The position numbers and the translations under genes are program-made. The notes beneath the pieces are model-generated. The model was not told the origin of the DNA, did no database searches, and saw nothing but the letters and a program-made list of their open reading frames with translations. A stretch of DNA of 64,000 nt from positions 51,584,001 through 51,648,000 of the forward strand of contig NC_091470.1 of the NCBI RefSeq assembly GCF_036971445.1, in the 5' to 3' direction. Positions within the stretch are counted from its first letter, which is position 1. Each line of letters opens with the position of its first letter. This DNA is from Narcine bancroftii (taxonomy: Eukaryota). Below are positions 12,370-24,785 of the stretch, in pieces.

Positions 12370-13315
12370 TCACAAAATTCTGTAGACACCGTGGTTTAAG
12401 TAAAAAACACACAATGCTGGAGTAGCTTAGCAGGACAAATAGTGTCCTTTATGTGGCAAAGGTAAAGATACATAACCAACATATCGAGCTTGAGCCCTTC
12501 ATCAAAATATGAGAAAATGCTGGCAAGTGTCCAAACAAAAGAGTGGGTGGAAGAGGGGGTTGGCAACGCAGGAAATGATAGGTGGCGAAAGGAGGGAGGG
12601 ACAGCAACAATGAGGGGGGAGGAGGGACAGCTGGATGGAATGAGGGCCTAGAGAGACAGGAAAAGTGGGTGGGAAGAAAATACAAGCTGATTTAGTGGAA
12701 GGTAGTAAAGTCAATGTTAATGGGATAGTACACAAGGCCATGGACAGACATGTGAGCATGGGAGTGTGACTCAGAATTGAAGTGGTTGGTCACTGGGGGG
12801 GTCGTTGTGGTTGTGAACGGAGCAAAGGTGCTGAGGGAAGTGATCTCCCAATCTGTGACCAGTCTCTCCAATGTAGAGAATCCCACAAATGGAGTACTGA
12901 ATGCAGTAAATAAGTCCTCTGGATGTACATAAAGTATTGCTTCACTTAAAAGGCCTGTTTGGGGAGAAGATGTGGGCCCAATTATTGCACCTCCTGCAGA
13001 CACAGGGGAAGATGCGATGGGTGGAAGGGATGAGTGCACGAAGGAATCGCAGAGGGAGTGGTCCCTGCAGAAGGCCGAGAGGGGAGGAAAAGGTAAAATA
13101 TATCTGGTGGTGGGATCCTGTATTAAGTTCCATAAATTCTGGTGGATAGTGTGTTGGATGCAGAGTCTAATGGGTTGGTACTTGAGGATAAGGGGGATTC
13201 TATATTTGTTGCGTCTGGGGGCAGATGGGGCCAGGAAAGATGAACGGAGGAGTTGCGGGTAGTGGAGGGGAAGCCACAATTGTGGAAGAAGGCAGACATT
13301 TTGGAAGATCGCATT
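12370..13315 (-). mobile_element. Penelope-like element 3' half with GIY-YIG endonuclease
   Basis: Minus strand reads RIPLILKYQP...QDPTTRYILPFPPLSAFCRDHSLCDSFVHSSLP and, in another frame, GLIYCIQYSICGILYIGETGHRLGDHF (GIY-YIG). The pseudo-LTR terminus lies at 12370-12520. Confidence 0.88.
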
Positions 13316-13324
13316 TTTGTTATT

Positions 13325-13531
13325 TAGAAATTTCAGATTTATTGTCACACTATATACGTGACATCACATACAATCCTGAGATTCTTTTTTCCTGCATGCG
13401 AGGCAGAATCACCACTTATCGGCAGTGCAAATAAACTGACTCAATGTACATATGTAAACAAAAAAAATAAACAAACTGTGCAATACAAAGAGGAGAAAAA
13501 ATCAATAAAATGCAAAAGTAAGAGTCCTTAA
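13325..13531 (-). mobile_element. Rex1/Babar 3' tail
   Basis: Homologous to the 3' UTR of the Rex1 copy at 32755-32980 (atcacatac...cctgagattcttttt...ggcagtgcaaataaa...aagagtccttaaat). Confidence 0.7.
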
Positions 13532-13535
13532 ATAC

Positions 13536-14012
13536 AACCCAGTCCTCATCGAGGGCTCAGTAGTGGAGAGAGTCAAGAACTTCAAATTCCTGGGTGTCAA
13601 CATTTCCAAGCATCTGTCCTGGAGCCTCCAAATTGACACAATCGTGAAGAAGTCTCACCAGCGACTATACTTTGTGAGGTGTTTGAGGAGATTCGGTATG
13701 TCGTCGAAGACCCTCAAAAACTTCTACCATGAAGAACATTCTGGCTGGTATGGCGGACAAGGAAAAACTCCAGAGGGTTGTTAACTTTGCCTTCAACATC
13801 ACAGGCACCAGACTTCACTCTATCGAGGACATTTACATGAGACGGTGTTTTTAAAAATCAGCCTCTATCCTCAAAGAACCCCACCACCCAGGCCATGCCC
13901 TCTTCACTCTACTACCATCAGGAAAAATGTACAGGAGCCTAAAGACGAACACTCAGCGGTACAAGGACAGCCTCTTCTCCACTGCCATCAGATTCCTGAA
14001 TAATTAATGATT
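13536..14012 (+). mobile_element. Rex1/Babar LINE RT C-terminal fragment
   Basis: VERVKNFKFLGVNISKHLSWS...VKKSHQRLYFVRCLRRFGM, followed by PHHPGHALFTLLPSGKMYRSLK. Confidence 0.85.
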
Positions 14013-14899
14013 GGCGCCTGTTTGAAACAGGTAGGTACCATGCTCTGTCAGAGTAAGATGGTGAAGTTATCTGTGGCAAGTTGATCAGCACAGATAATTG
14101 ATATTCGGCTGGGTACGCTGTACAGATCAGATGCTTTCGTTGGATTCAGACAAGGACCTAACTTTTAGCTTTGTTCCTGAAAGTATCAAGAATCTTGCTA
14201 AGTTAGTGATGGCAAATACAGTACAAAAGGGCAGGAAGGAATACTTAGATTTATATACTTTTGGCAAATGGATGGTCAAATGAGCTTCCTGAAATGGATG
14301 GCAGTCTATTAATGAAAATTAAAATACTGGAAATCTGAAATAAAACCAAAACTTGCTGGAAACACTTTGCAGGTCAGTCAGCATTTGTAGAGAAACAATT
14401 AATGTTTTCTGACAAAAACCATTAATCAGAATTAGGATTCCACGCTTCCTTGCGTGTCCTGGATGTAACTGGATGGAGATAAATTACAGGAATCTATCCG
14501 GTGAACATAGGTGGAGTTCCATGAATCAGAATGAGTTTTTAAAGGTCTTAGATTGGTAGTTTTGTAAAACCATTTGTGGGCCTGATCTTGGGACGCTTTT
14601 CTCATTCTAAGTTCAGAACCTTCTCTCATCTAATCCAGTTGATGTCTTTCCAACCACGCAGCAGCAATTTACTGGGACAGGTCTGTCTTTTCTGGCCTTC
14701 AATGGAAGTCAGGCAGTGCGAGCGCTGCTGAAGGTCTACCAGGTCAAACAGGTGGAATGGGTAAAGACTGCAATTGCCAAGATTTGTGGTAGCTACTGGA
14801 AATACTAGGGTTGGCAAAGGCATACCATGTAAAATCTTTGAGAACTATAATTATTTGCATTAATAAATACAAGGACTGCTATCAGAAATATGAATTCAT

Positions 14900-15330
14900 G
14901 AATGGAAGCTGGAGACTGAAGTGAATCTGATTTGGCAGTTTAATTTGTGCAGTTGTGACTCCTTGAGGAAGAAGTTGTGAATGTGAACTTTAATTGAGAC
15001 TGGTTGGTGACGTTTTGGATACTGCTGATGCATCAGCATTGAATGCATCTTGCCATTTAGTTGTGCTTGCTGGTGAACAGGAGGGAAAACTTTAAAAGAT
15101 TCACTCAAAACATGCACTCTTTTGCTACTTTGCTTTTGTACTGCAAGCACAAAGTTGGAACACTGGCTGTGAACTATCTCATTCTCCTGCTGATCAGATA
15201 TGCAAGATGTGTCGTTGCTTTTGCGCCAGAAAAGCTTGTCCAATAACTGCTACCGAGACAGAAGCACAAATTTTCAAAGTGGTATTCAACTCATGCCACA
15301 TTATCTCAGTACTGACTTTGAGGTCTGATG
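14900..15330. promoter_or_regulatory. Candidate conserved non-coding element
   Basis: Repeat-free block with TAAT/TTAATT homeobox cores, an octamer-like ATATGCAA and retained CpGs. Inference only. Confidence 0.35.
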
Positions 15331-15764
15331 CATCCCAATGTGAGATCTGTTACTATCAACTCCAAGGAATAATGGACAGAAGAAAGAACCAGGTTTAGGG
15401 TCTGTGAAATGATTTTGAAGTGGCATCCCTGGGGTAATGAAGGATGATTGCATTGGACTAGGCAACCATGAGAAACAACTGATTATGTTTTTTCATTTGT
15501 TAAATTGTGAACTTGTGAGCAGTCTCTTCATAACCAGGATATGAGGATATGCCGGTATTGTGAGGTAGATATAGCTCGCCATGATGCACTGGAGCAACTG
15601 GATGGGAGAGGTTTGTCTGGAGTAGAGTTGCTTACTTCGTTCACGCATTCATCAGAGGACAAGCCTGTTGATACCTTCAACTCAAGTTTATTTCTGATCA
15701 GAAATATTGAGCTGGTTCTGTCACCAAACCATTAGCAATGTTGAGTCTCGTCATGTTTTTTTTC

Positions 15765-16581
15765 CTCAAAGTCAAGTCACCTTTATTTGTCGTTCATACC
15801 ATAACTACTAATGCAATGCACAGCAAAGAGGAATTGCGTTTCTCCAGGACCATGGAGCAGATTTACATAAATAGGAATAAAAACCATGATATACTAGTAC
15901 ATATATATTCTAGGAATTGAGGAGCCTGATGGCTTAGAGATAAAAACTGTTGCACAATCTCTACATGTGTGCCCGAATGCTATGGTACCTCCATCCAGGT
16001 GGCAAAAGGGAGAAAATTTTCCAAGAGGAGTGTGTGAAGTCCCTCACAATGTTATTTGCCTTCCACATGCATGATGCCTTATAAATGTCCGTCATGGTAG
16101 GAAGAGAGAGCCTAATGATCTTCTCCACTGACTCCACTATCCTCTGCAGGGTCTTATGGTCTGAGGTGGTACAACTTTCAAACCAGGTGGTGAGGCAATT
16201 GCTCAGAATGCTCTCAATACATCCTCTGTCGAATGTAGCAAGGATGGGGGGGTGGGAGATGAACTTTCCTCAGCCTTCACAGGAAGTAGAGGCACTGCTG
16301 GGCTTTCTTGGCAATGGAACTGGTGCTGAGGGACCAGGTGAGATTCTCCACCAAGTGCACAGCAAGAAGCTTGATACTCTTGACAACCTCAACGGTAGAG
16401 CCATCAATGGTTATTGAAAACTGATCCACCACCTCCCCCCCCCCCCCCCCCCACACCACCCTAGCCTTCCTGAAGTCAACAACCATCTCTTTTGTTTTAT
16501 TAACATTCAGAAGCAGGTTGTTAGCTCTGCACCAGTTGGTTAGTGACTGCACCTTGTCTCTAAACACTGACTCATCGTTCA
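15765..16581 (-). mobile_element. Rex1/Babar LINE 3' fragment
   Basis: NDESVFRDKVQSLTNWCRANNLLLNVNKTKEMVVDFRK...[23 protein letters not shown]...[10 protein letters not shown]. Confidence 0.85.
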
Positions 16582-16900
16582 TTTTTTTAAACACTTTATT
16601 AAATATAAAACCACTCAGCAAAAATATCACAATATTTCAAACTTATGGTTTGAATACATATGGTATTTTATAAGAAAGAAAAGAAAGATAAACCTCCTAT
16701 AAATCCCCCACTCCCCTCCCCCAACCCCCTATAAACTAAAAAATAGAAAAGAAAAAGAAGAGGGACAAAAAAACCACAGCAGGAGTACTTCATTTTCCAA
16801 TACTTTTAAACATATATATATTTACAGGGGCCTATAAGAGAAAAGGAATGTTCAAGATTCATTTAAATTTTAATACCCACAGTTTGTAAATATGGGCTCA
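16582..16900 (-). mobile_element. L1-like 3' end
   Basis: T-run plus tttatt (AATAAA on the - strand), a C-rich tract, and tttgtaaatatgg (W-x-PY-type ORF2 end on the - strand). Confidence 0.5.
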
Positions 16901-17137
16901 TCATGTTGTTGCACATCAGTTCCATTTCCTCAATGTTGCTAAAAGGTCATTTAAGATAGGCCAATTTCTATTAGATTACATCATATTGCAAAAAAAATTC
17001 ACCATCAATGCAAATGATGAATTTTGATCTAAGTCATATATAATTAATAGTAATGTATCTTCTGCAAGTGTCAAATGCAGCTCTTTTTCTATGGAGATAC
17101 TTGTACTGCATGAATATATGAAGCACTGTTGACTGTC

Positions 17138-17320
17138 TCTTTTTCTTCTTTGGCTGGGCTTCGCGGACGAAGATTTATGGAGGGGGTAAATGTCCACGTC
17201 AGCTGCAGGCTCGTTGGTGGCTGACAAGTCCGATGCGGGACAGGCAGACACGGTTGCAGCGGCTGCAGGGGAAAATTGGTGGGTTGGGGTTGGGTTTTTC
17301 CTCCTTTGTCTTTTGTCAGT
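17138..17320 (-). mobile_element. RTE (BovB-like) short 3' fragment
   Basis: Near-identical to the 3' ends at 3890-4051, 26386 and 55838. Confidence 0.88.
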
Positions 17321-17329
17321 GTGTAGAGT

Positions 17330-17860
17330 TTAAACTCAGAAACTATGCCATTCTATTCTGTACAGTATTTCCTTGCAGATTTGCTTTCTGCTCCACCATT
17401 AAGTTTGAAAGAAATTTTCGAATCGTTTTCTTGGCAACTTGGTTTTACTTCTGCCTTTCCAAACGTGCTGACACCCCGATATCTGATAGAAATTATCCAA
17501 TAAAAATTCACGGAAATAGATCATGATGTTGATGATGATTTGTTTTTTTGTTTGTCCCATCACCAGGGTAGGCAAAATCAAAAACTCCACAGTCCAATGA
17601 AATGCACGTGGAAGTCGACACTCGCGTAGTGTACCTTTCACGATATTCATTTCATTTCCTTCCTTTTTATCAGGAGCAAATCTGATAAAAAATAAATATT
17701 TTCTCCAGCCGAGATGGGCTAAACCCCAAGGGCCTGCTGGTCAGGTATTACCTCATGATCTACTCGCTGTCAGCCAAATCGACTCTGCCTTTTACCTTTG
17801 CTGTACAATTGCAGCTCAATCTGGCAGACCCAATGTCAAATCAGTGATGTACTGGGAATG
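17330..17860. promoter_or_regulatory. Candidate highly conserved non-coding element
   Basis: Repeat-free and CpG-retaining, with GATA sites (tctgatag, tttatcag, tctgataa), E-box CACGTG at 17605 and TGACA/TGTCA sites. No consistent ORF or splice structure. Confidence 0.5.
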
Positions 17861-18264
17861 ATACCTTAACAGGTTGGTGCTGGACCCGGACACACTTTGT
17901 GATTGCCCTCACCCCTCTCTACGAGCGGCCCACAGCAACACTAACATTTTGCAGCTGGATGGTCCCAGCCACTGGGAGACTTTCATGACTGTTTCACAAA
18001 ATAGAGGGGGCCGAGAATGGCAAGTGGGCTTCAGACTGTTCAAACTGAGGACAAACCCACAGATCAGCTTGCTTACAGCACAAGGTAACTAGAGACCTCG
18101 GAACAGCTGGGAGCTGGGTAGTGGGATCAGTGTAGGAGCTGGTGGCGGGCTGACAAGAGAGAACAGGCAGTGGGCCGCCAGGATACAGTGGGACAGCGGT
18201 ATTACGTGAAAAGATTTTTCCTGTTGCCCTGGGTGCCCTTCATGCTAATAAATCACTGGGGAGG

Positions 18265-20838
18265 ATGGACTCCCACCTGAATTTTACAGACAATTTAAAG
18301 ACTATTAATGGCCCTGTTAATGGATGTTCTGGACCAAGCAGTAGAAACATAGACCCTCCTGGAATCATTCTCAACCGCGATTACCAAAAAAAAAGGTTAC
18401 CAAAAAAAAAAATGGACCCATTAAAAATTTCGTCTTATTGGCCAATATCCCTGTTAAATGCTGATTACAAAATATTAGCGAAAGCATTGACTAACAGGTT
18501 AGGACAATATTTACCAAAATTGATACATACAGATCAAGCAGGATTTGTTAAAGGAAAACATTCCTCAAAGAGTCTAGGAAGATTATTTAATATAATACAC
18601 TTGTCAAAATTCAAACAGAATCCAAGTTTTACAGTCTCCCTGGACACGGAAAAAGCATTCGACCGTTTGGAATTGCCCTTTCTATTTAAAACACTGGAAA
18701 AATTTGGCATAGAACATTTATAAAACTGAATAAAAACTTTATACCATAAACTACAAGCTAAAATTATAACCAATAATTAGATGTCAGTGGTGTTTCCCTT
18801 GAGTAAATAGAGTAGACAGGGATGCCCCATGTCCCCAGTGCTTTTTATTTTAGTAATTGAACTGCTGGCAGAGATAATAAAAGGGGATCGAATATAAAGG
18901 ACTTCAAAGTTGGACAAGAAGAACACAAAATTAGTCTATTTGCTGGTGATGTGCTACTATACTTATCAGATCCAGCTAAATCTTTGGAAAAATTACAAGG
19001 AACACTAGGGAAATATGGAAGAATATCAGGTCATTAAAAAATATTGACAATGGTGAGATAATGCCATTAACAAATTTTGAATATGAAAGATACCAAAAAG
19101 GAAGTAAATTTAAATGGAAGCCGGATGGAATAAAATATCTTGGAATAGCGACTGACAACAACTTACAAAATCTGAATAAACTAAATTATGTTCCTCTTCT
19201 TGGCAAGATAGAAAGGGACCTGCATAAATGGAGAGACTTACAGATTACTCTAGTGGGAAGGGCTTATTGCGTCAAAATGAAAGTGATGCCAAGAATGCAG
19301 CATCTTTTTCAATCGCTGCCTATTCCATTACCTAAAAACTTCTTTTAGACAGTTCCCATGGAATAATAAAGTACCAAGAATCACACTGGTAAAACTGACA
19401 TGGGTCTACAGGCTGGGAGAACTTAGACTTCCAGATTTTAAAAAATACTAGGCTAGATTTCTCATAGCCTTCTTCATTGAAGGCAACCAACTCCCCCCCC
19501 CCCCCCCCTTGGATTCAGATGGGAATGTACACAATGGAGGAGGGGGAAGCAAAGGATTTTATCTATAAATGAAGTGTCAAAACACAAGAAAAAAAGACAG
19601 ATAATCCCATACTAATGCATATGATCAGGACGTGGCAAAAAATTAATGAATGTATAGGAAAAAAAAAGTACAGATATCAATAAATGCACCATTGTGTAAA
19701 AATAAGTTATTACTTATGAACATAAGCAATAGAATATTAAATTCGTGGTATGACAAAGGTATGAAATATATTGAAGACTGCTACATTGAAGGAACATTTA
19801 TGTCCTTTGAATAATTAAAACACAAATACGGAGTGGCCAATGGGACCTTCTTCTATTTTCTCCAGCTTAGAGAAAGATGGGGACCAACGTTGACCCCATC
19901 TGAAATTAATGAAATGGAACAAATGGTCTGGATGGGGAATATACCCAAACTTATAACAAAAATGTACTGTGCTCTCCAGAGCGAATGTACAAAACCAGGA
20001 TTACAGAGATCAAGGGAAAAATGGGAGTCGGACTTGGACTTGGGTGTGGTGATTTCAGAAAGGAGCTGGTCAGATTGGTATAAGGACAGTATGACATTAA
20101 TTATAAATGCAAGATAAAATTATTCAATATAATTTTTTACACCAATTATATCTTATCCCATAGAAGTTACAATGATCAAAAGCAGAAATATCAGTGATGT
20201 GTTTCAGATGTAGGACTAAGACAGGAACCCTTCTACATGCTACGTGGTCATGCGTGAAGGTGAGGCCATTTTAGCAAGGTATCACAGAAAAATTAACCAG
20301 GATAACAGGAGTGGCCTTCATGGGTGACCCAGAGATATATATCTACTAGGTAATTTTATGGAAATAAGCAATAAATTGAATAAATATCAAATTTCATTTA
20401 TAAAAATAGCACTGGCTGTAGGTAAAGAAATGTATTGTGATCACTTGGAAGTCTGACTCCCCTCTACTTCTAGAATAATGGACTGTGGAAATGAACAGCC
20501 GTATACCTATGGGAAAAATGATCACATAATTTAAAGAATAAATATGACACTTTTGTAAAGATCTGACAGCCATATCTGGACCATATAGGGGCCCAAATAT
20601 AGTCATAAAGAAGAAAAAGGACAATAAATGCAACTATTATATATATTTAAACGTGATTTCCCCAGTTTTTATTCTATATATTTAAAAGATATGTAAGCTC
20701 TGACGGACAGGGGTGGGAGGAAGGGACTGTTTTGTTTTTGTTTGTTGTTGTTTGTAAGAAAAAGTTTAATATATTGTGAAATTGAAAATTTTATATATAT
20801 TTTTGGAAAAAAATCAAAGATAAAATATTTAAAAAAAG
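18265..20838 (+). mobile_element. L1/Tx1 LINE ORF2 (RT to C-terminal Cys knuckle), 5'-truncated and decayed
   Basis: SYWPISLLNADYKILAKALTNRL, DQAGFVKG, SLDTEKAFDRLE, SRQGCPMSP, LFAGD, IKYLGI and CFRC...LHATWSC motifs. A G-rich 3' UTR and an A-rich end follow near 20830. Confidence 0.92.
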
Positions 20839-22685
20839 ATAAAGGAACAGAAGTAGGCCATTTGGCTCATCAAGTCCTCTCCACCATGAGCTAAATCATT
20901 CTCACATCTAGTTCCAATTTCTGGCCTTTTCCCCATATCCCTTGATACCCTGACTAATTATCCCTGACACCTATCAATCTCCTTAAACTCCGCCAATGAT
21001 TAGGCCTCCACAGCTGTATTCCACAAATCCACGACCCTCTAAGAAATTTCTCCTCATTTCTGTTTTAAATGAGTACCCTCTAATTCTAAGACTATGCCCT
21101 CTTGTCCTGGACTCACCCACTAAGGGAAACATGTTATTCACATCTACTCTGTCCAATCCTTTCAGCATTCATAATGTTTCTATGACAGCCCCTCTCATTC
21201 TCCTATACTCCAATGAATACACTCCTCATATGTTAGCCTTTGCATTTCAGGAATCATCCTCATAAATCTTCTCTGAACTCTCTCCAACATCATTATATTT
21301 CTTCCAGGATAAAGGGCCTAAAACTGCCCCATAGAGCCTCATCAACACCTCCTTACTCTTACACTATTTCTCTTGAAATGAATGCCAACATAGCATTTGC
21401 TTTCTTTACTGCCAATCTAACCCAGTGGTCAACCTTTAGGGTATCCTGAATGAGGACCCCCACATCCCTCTGCACTTCTGAATTCTGAATTTTCTTCCCA
21501 TCAAAATAATTATCTGACTGCTTATTTCTTCTTCCAAAATGTACAACCATACATTTCTCAACATTTCATCTCATCTGCCATTTCTTCGCCCACTCTCCTA
21601 AGCTGACCAAGTCTCTCTGCAACCTTTCAGTTTCTCCACCACCTATCTTGGTGTCATCTGCATACTTAGCCACAAAACCAATCTACAGAAGCGGCCTCAA
21701 CACTGACCCCACTAGTAACCAGCAACCAACCAGAACGGGATCCCTTTATTACCATCCTTTGCTATCTGCCTATCAGCCAATGCTCCACCCAATATCTTTC
21801 CTGTAACTCCATGGGCTCTCGTCTTATTAATCAGCCTCTTATGCTGCACTTTATCAGAGGCCTTTTGAAAATCCAGATACACAACATCCACAGCCTCCCT
21901 TGTCAATCCTACTTGAGATTACTTCAAAAAATTCCAATAGGTTGGTCAGGTAGGATCTTCCCTTCATGAAACCATGCTGACTTGGACCTATCATGTCTTG
22001 CACCTCAAGATATTTCATAACCTCGTCGTTGAGAATCGACTCCAATAACTTCCCAACAACTGATGTCAGACTAATAGGCCTGCAATTTTCTTTTTTTCTG
22101 CCTCCCTCCTTTCTTAAACAGTGGAACTATATTTGTGACATTCCAGTCCTCCAGAACCATGCCTGGTAAATCATTTCCAATGCCTCCACAATCTTCATAG
22201 CTATCTCCTTCAGAACCCATGGTACACCTCATCTGGTCCAGGAGACTTATCTATCTTTAGTCCATTTAGCTTACTAAGCACTTTCTCTCCAGTAATCTTG
22301 ACTGTACTTAATTCTATTCCCTGAGACCTCTGACCATCAGGTATATTGATATTGTCTTCCACAGTGAAAACTGATGCAAAATACTCATTTAGTTCCTTTG
22401 TTACCCATTATAATTTCTCCAACATCATTTTCAATCAGTCGTATATCTATCCATCTCTCTTTTACTCTTCATATATTTAAAAAGACTCTTACGTCTCCTT
22501 TTGTTTGTTATTTGCCCAACTTCCTTTCATAATTCATCTTTTTTTCCTCGTTTTTTTCTGTGTTTTTAAAAGTTTCCCAGTCCTCTGTTTTCCCATTAAT
22601 ATTTGCTTCCAATATGCCCTCCCTTTTGCTTTTAGCCTTAACCTCTCTTGCTAGCCACATTTGTGTCATTTTCCCATTCATTATA

Positions 22686-23364
22686 CAGGTGCACGATCCT
22701 TTATCCGGACATATAAAATCCGGAAAGCTCCAAAATCCAGCAAGTGGGGAACAGCGGACGGAGGAGACAGCCAGGGGACCGGCGGTCGGGGGAGACGTCT
22801 GGGCGGCCGAGGGACTGGCGGTCGGGGGAGACGTCTGGGTGGCCGAGGGACTGCAGTCGGGGGAGGCGGCCAGGCAGCTTAGGGACCACAGTCAGGGGAG
22901 ACAGCTGAGGGACCGGCGGTTGGGGGAGACGTCTGGGTGGCTGAGGGACCGGCGGTCGGGTTAGATGCCCGGACAGCCGAGGGACCGCGGTCAGGGGAAA
23001 CAGCCAAAGGACCAGCGGTTGGGGGAGACATCTGGACAGCCGAGGGACTGTGGTCAGGGGAGGTGGCTGGGCGGCCAAGGGACTGTGGTTGGGGGAGACA
23101 GCCAAGGGACCAGCAGTCGGGGGAGACATCCGGGCGGCCGAGGGACTATGGTTGGGGGAAACGGCCAGGTGGCCTAGGGACTGTGGTTGCGAGAGGCGGT
23201 TGGGCGGCCGAGGGACCGCGGTTGGGGGGAGATGGCCAGGCGACTGGAAGGGGGTGGGGGTGGATACGGCAGCACAATTCGGGTGGGCTTTCCAAAATCC
23301 AGAAAAATCTGAAATTCGAAACACACTGTCCCCCAAGGGTTCCGGATAAAGGATCGTGTACCTG
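22686..23364. mobile_element. Tc1/mariner (pogo/Tigger-like) MITE nested in the CR1
   Basis: 24-bp TIRs caggtgcacgatcctttatccgga / tccggataaaggatcgtgtacctg (1 mismatch), with TA on both sides (22684-22685, 23365-23366). Confidence 0.92.
22760..23250. repeat. GC-rich minisatellite inside the MITE
   Basis: Units such as gggaccggcggtcgggggagacgtctgggcggccga (~36 bp), alternating with shorter ~27-bp variants. Confidence 0.88.
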
Positions 23365-24095
23365 TAGTAAAAGCGCTATCTGGTTGGTGTGTTGCCTCCC
23401 TATCATGCTTGCAGAATCTCTTGTCTGTTCTCCTCACTATGGAATCCCCTATAACCACTGCATTTCTCTTTCTCTCTTCATCACAGCACTGGCCACAGGT
23501 CCAGAGTCCTGTTTGCCGTGGTTTTCCTCTCTCAGGTCATCCTCTCCAATATAGTGATTTCTGAGGGGGACTATCGCAGAGGTGCTCACTACTATCACTC
23601 TGTAGCTATTATCAATCACCTCCTCATTTTCCCTAATCAACTGAAGGTCATCAAGCTGCAGCTCCATATCCCTAACATGGTTCTTAAGGAGCCGCATTTC
23701 AATGCACTTGGCGCAGATGTAGTCCTTTGGGAGGCTGGTCATCTCCCAGGGTCCTCACATCTGGCACTCCAAGCACATCACTAATCCTAGATGCATAGTA
23801 CAGTCTGATATTACTAAATAAATGTACCTGTAACTTACCCTTTTACTATAATTCTCACCTCTTACCTGTTCAGCCAAAGCCTAACCACTCTGACTGAGAC
23901 TAGTTTGACGATAACTGCTCCCCGGTAGTGTAAGGAGCAAGCCTCTCCTTACCCCCTGCTCTCTGAAGCCTCTCAAGCCCAAGCCTCAGAGTCCCACTTC
24001 TTCACTCACTCATGGGTGCTCCTCCAGCTACCCCTCCTTTTATTTGTCCCTGCCAATTATCTCAATTGCTCTCTCTCCCAATCAACAAAGCATTT

Positions 24096-24785
24096 GCAGC
24101 CTCCTTACTCCAACTCAAAACAAATCAAGGTAAAAATTTCTTACCTTTTTAAACCTCCCGCTCTACTCACCTGAAGTCATGCACCTGCGCAGTCTTGCCT
24201 CTCTTTCCAGAAGTTTAAAAAATAAAATGTCTACCCTCCTCGAACACTAATCTGATTACACAAGCAGCCTCCTTAGTCCAACTCAAAACAAATCAAGGTA
24301 AAAATTTCTTTTTAAATCTCTCAACTCTGCTGGGCAGATGCCACACACCTGCGCAGTCTTGCCTCTCTTTCCAGAAGTTTAAAAAATAAAATGTCTACCC
24401 TCCTCGAACACTAATCTGATTACACAAGCAGCCTCCTTAGTCCAACTCAAAACAAATCAAGGTAAAAATTTCTTTTTAAATCTCTCAACTCTGCTGGGCA
24501 GATGCCACACACCTGCGCAGTCTTGCCTCTCTTTCCAGAAGTTTAAAAAATAAAATGTCTACCCTCCTCGAACACTAATCTGATTACACAAGCAGCCTCC
24601 TTAGTCCAACTCAAAACAAATCAAGGTAAAAATTTCTTTTTAAATCTCTCAACTCTGCTGGGCAGATGCCACACACCTGCGCAGTCTTGCCTCTCTTTCC
24701 TGAAGTTTAAAAATAAATAAAATGCCTACCCTCTGCTAACACTAATCTGATTTCACACGCAGCCTCCTTACTCCAACTCAAAACT
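24096..24785 (-). repeat. 164-bp tandem array at the CR1 5' end (~4.2 units)
   Basis: cacctgcgcagtcttgcctctctttcc starts at 24182, 24346, 24510 and 24674, an exact 164-bp period. The inner units look identical by eye. Confidence 0.95.

Larger units (their letters stand above)
20840..24785 (-). mobile_element. CR1 LINE retaining 5' UTR, ORF1 and RT, internally deleted
   Basis: ORF1: YICAKCIEMRLL...LQLDDLQLIRENEEVID and the esterase start VIGDSIVRRTDKRFC. ORF2: SQHGFMKGRSYLTNLLEFFE, VDVVYLDFQKA, SRTRGHSLRIRG. The end of ORF1 and the APE domain appear to be missing near the MITE. Confidence 0.9.

Noticed and set aside
22560-23554. Several long overlapping Pro/Gly/Arg-rich ORFs
   Set aside because: They are by-products of the GC-rich minisatellite in the MITE.
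24096-24785. CRISPR array
   Set aside because: The units are contiguous 164-bp repeats with no unique spacers, no cas genes are present, and the context is eukaryotic.
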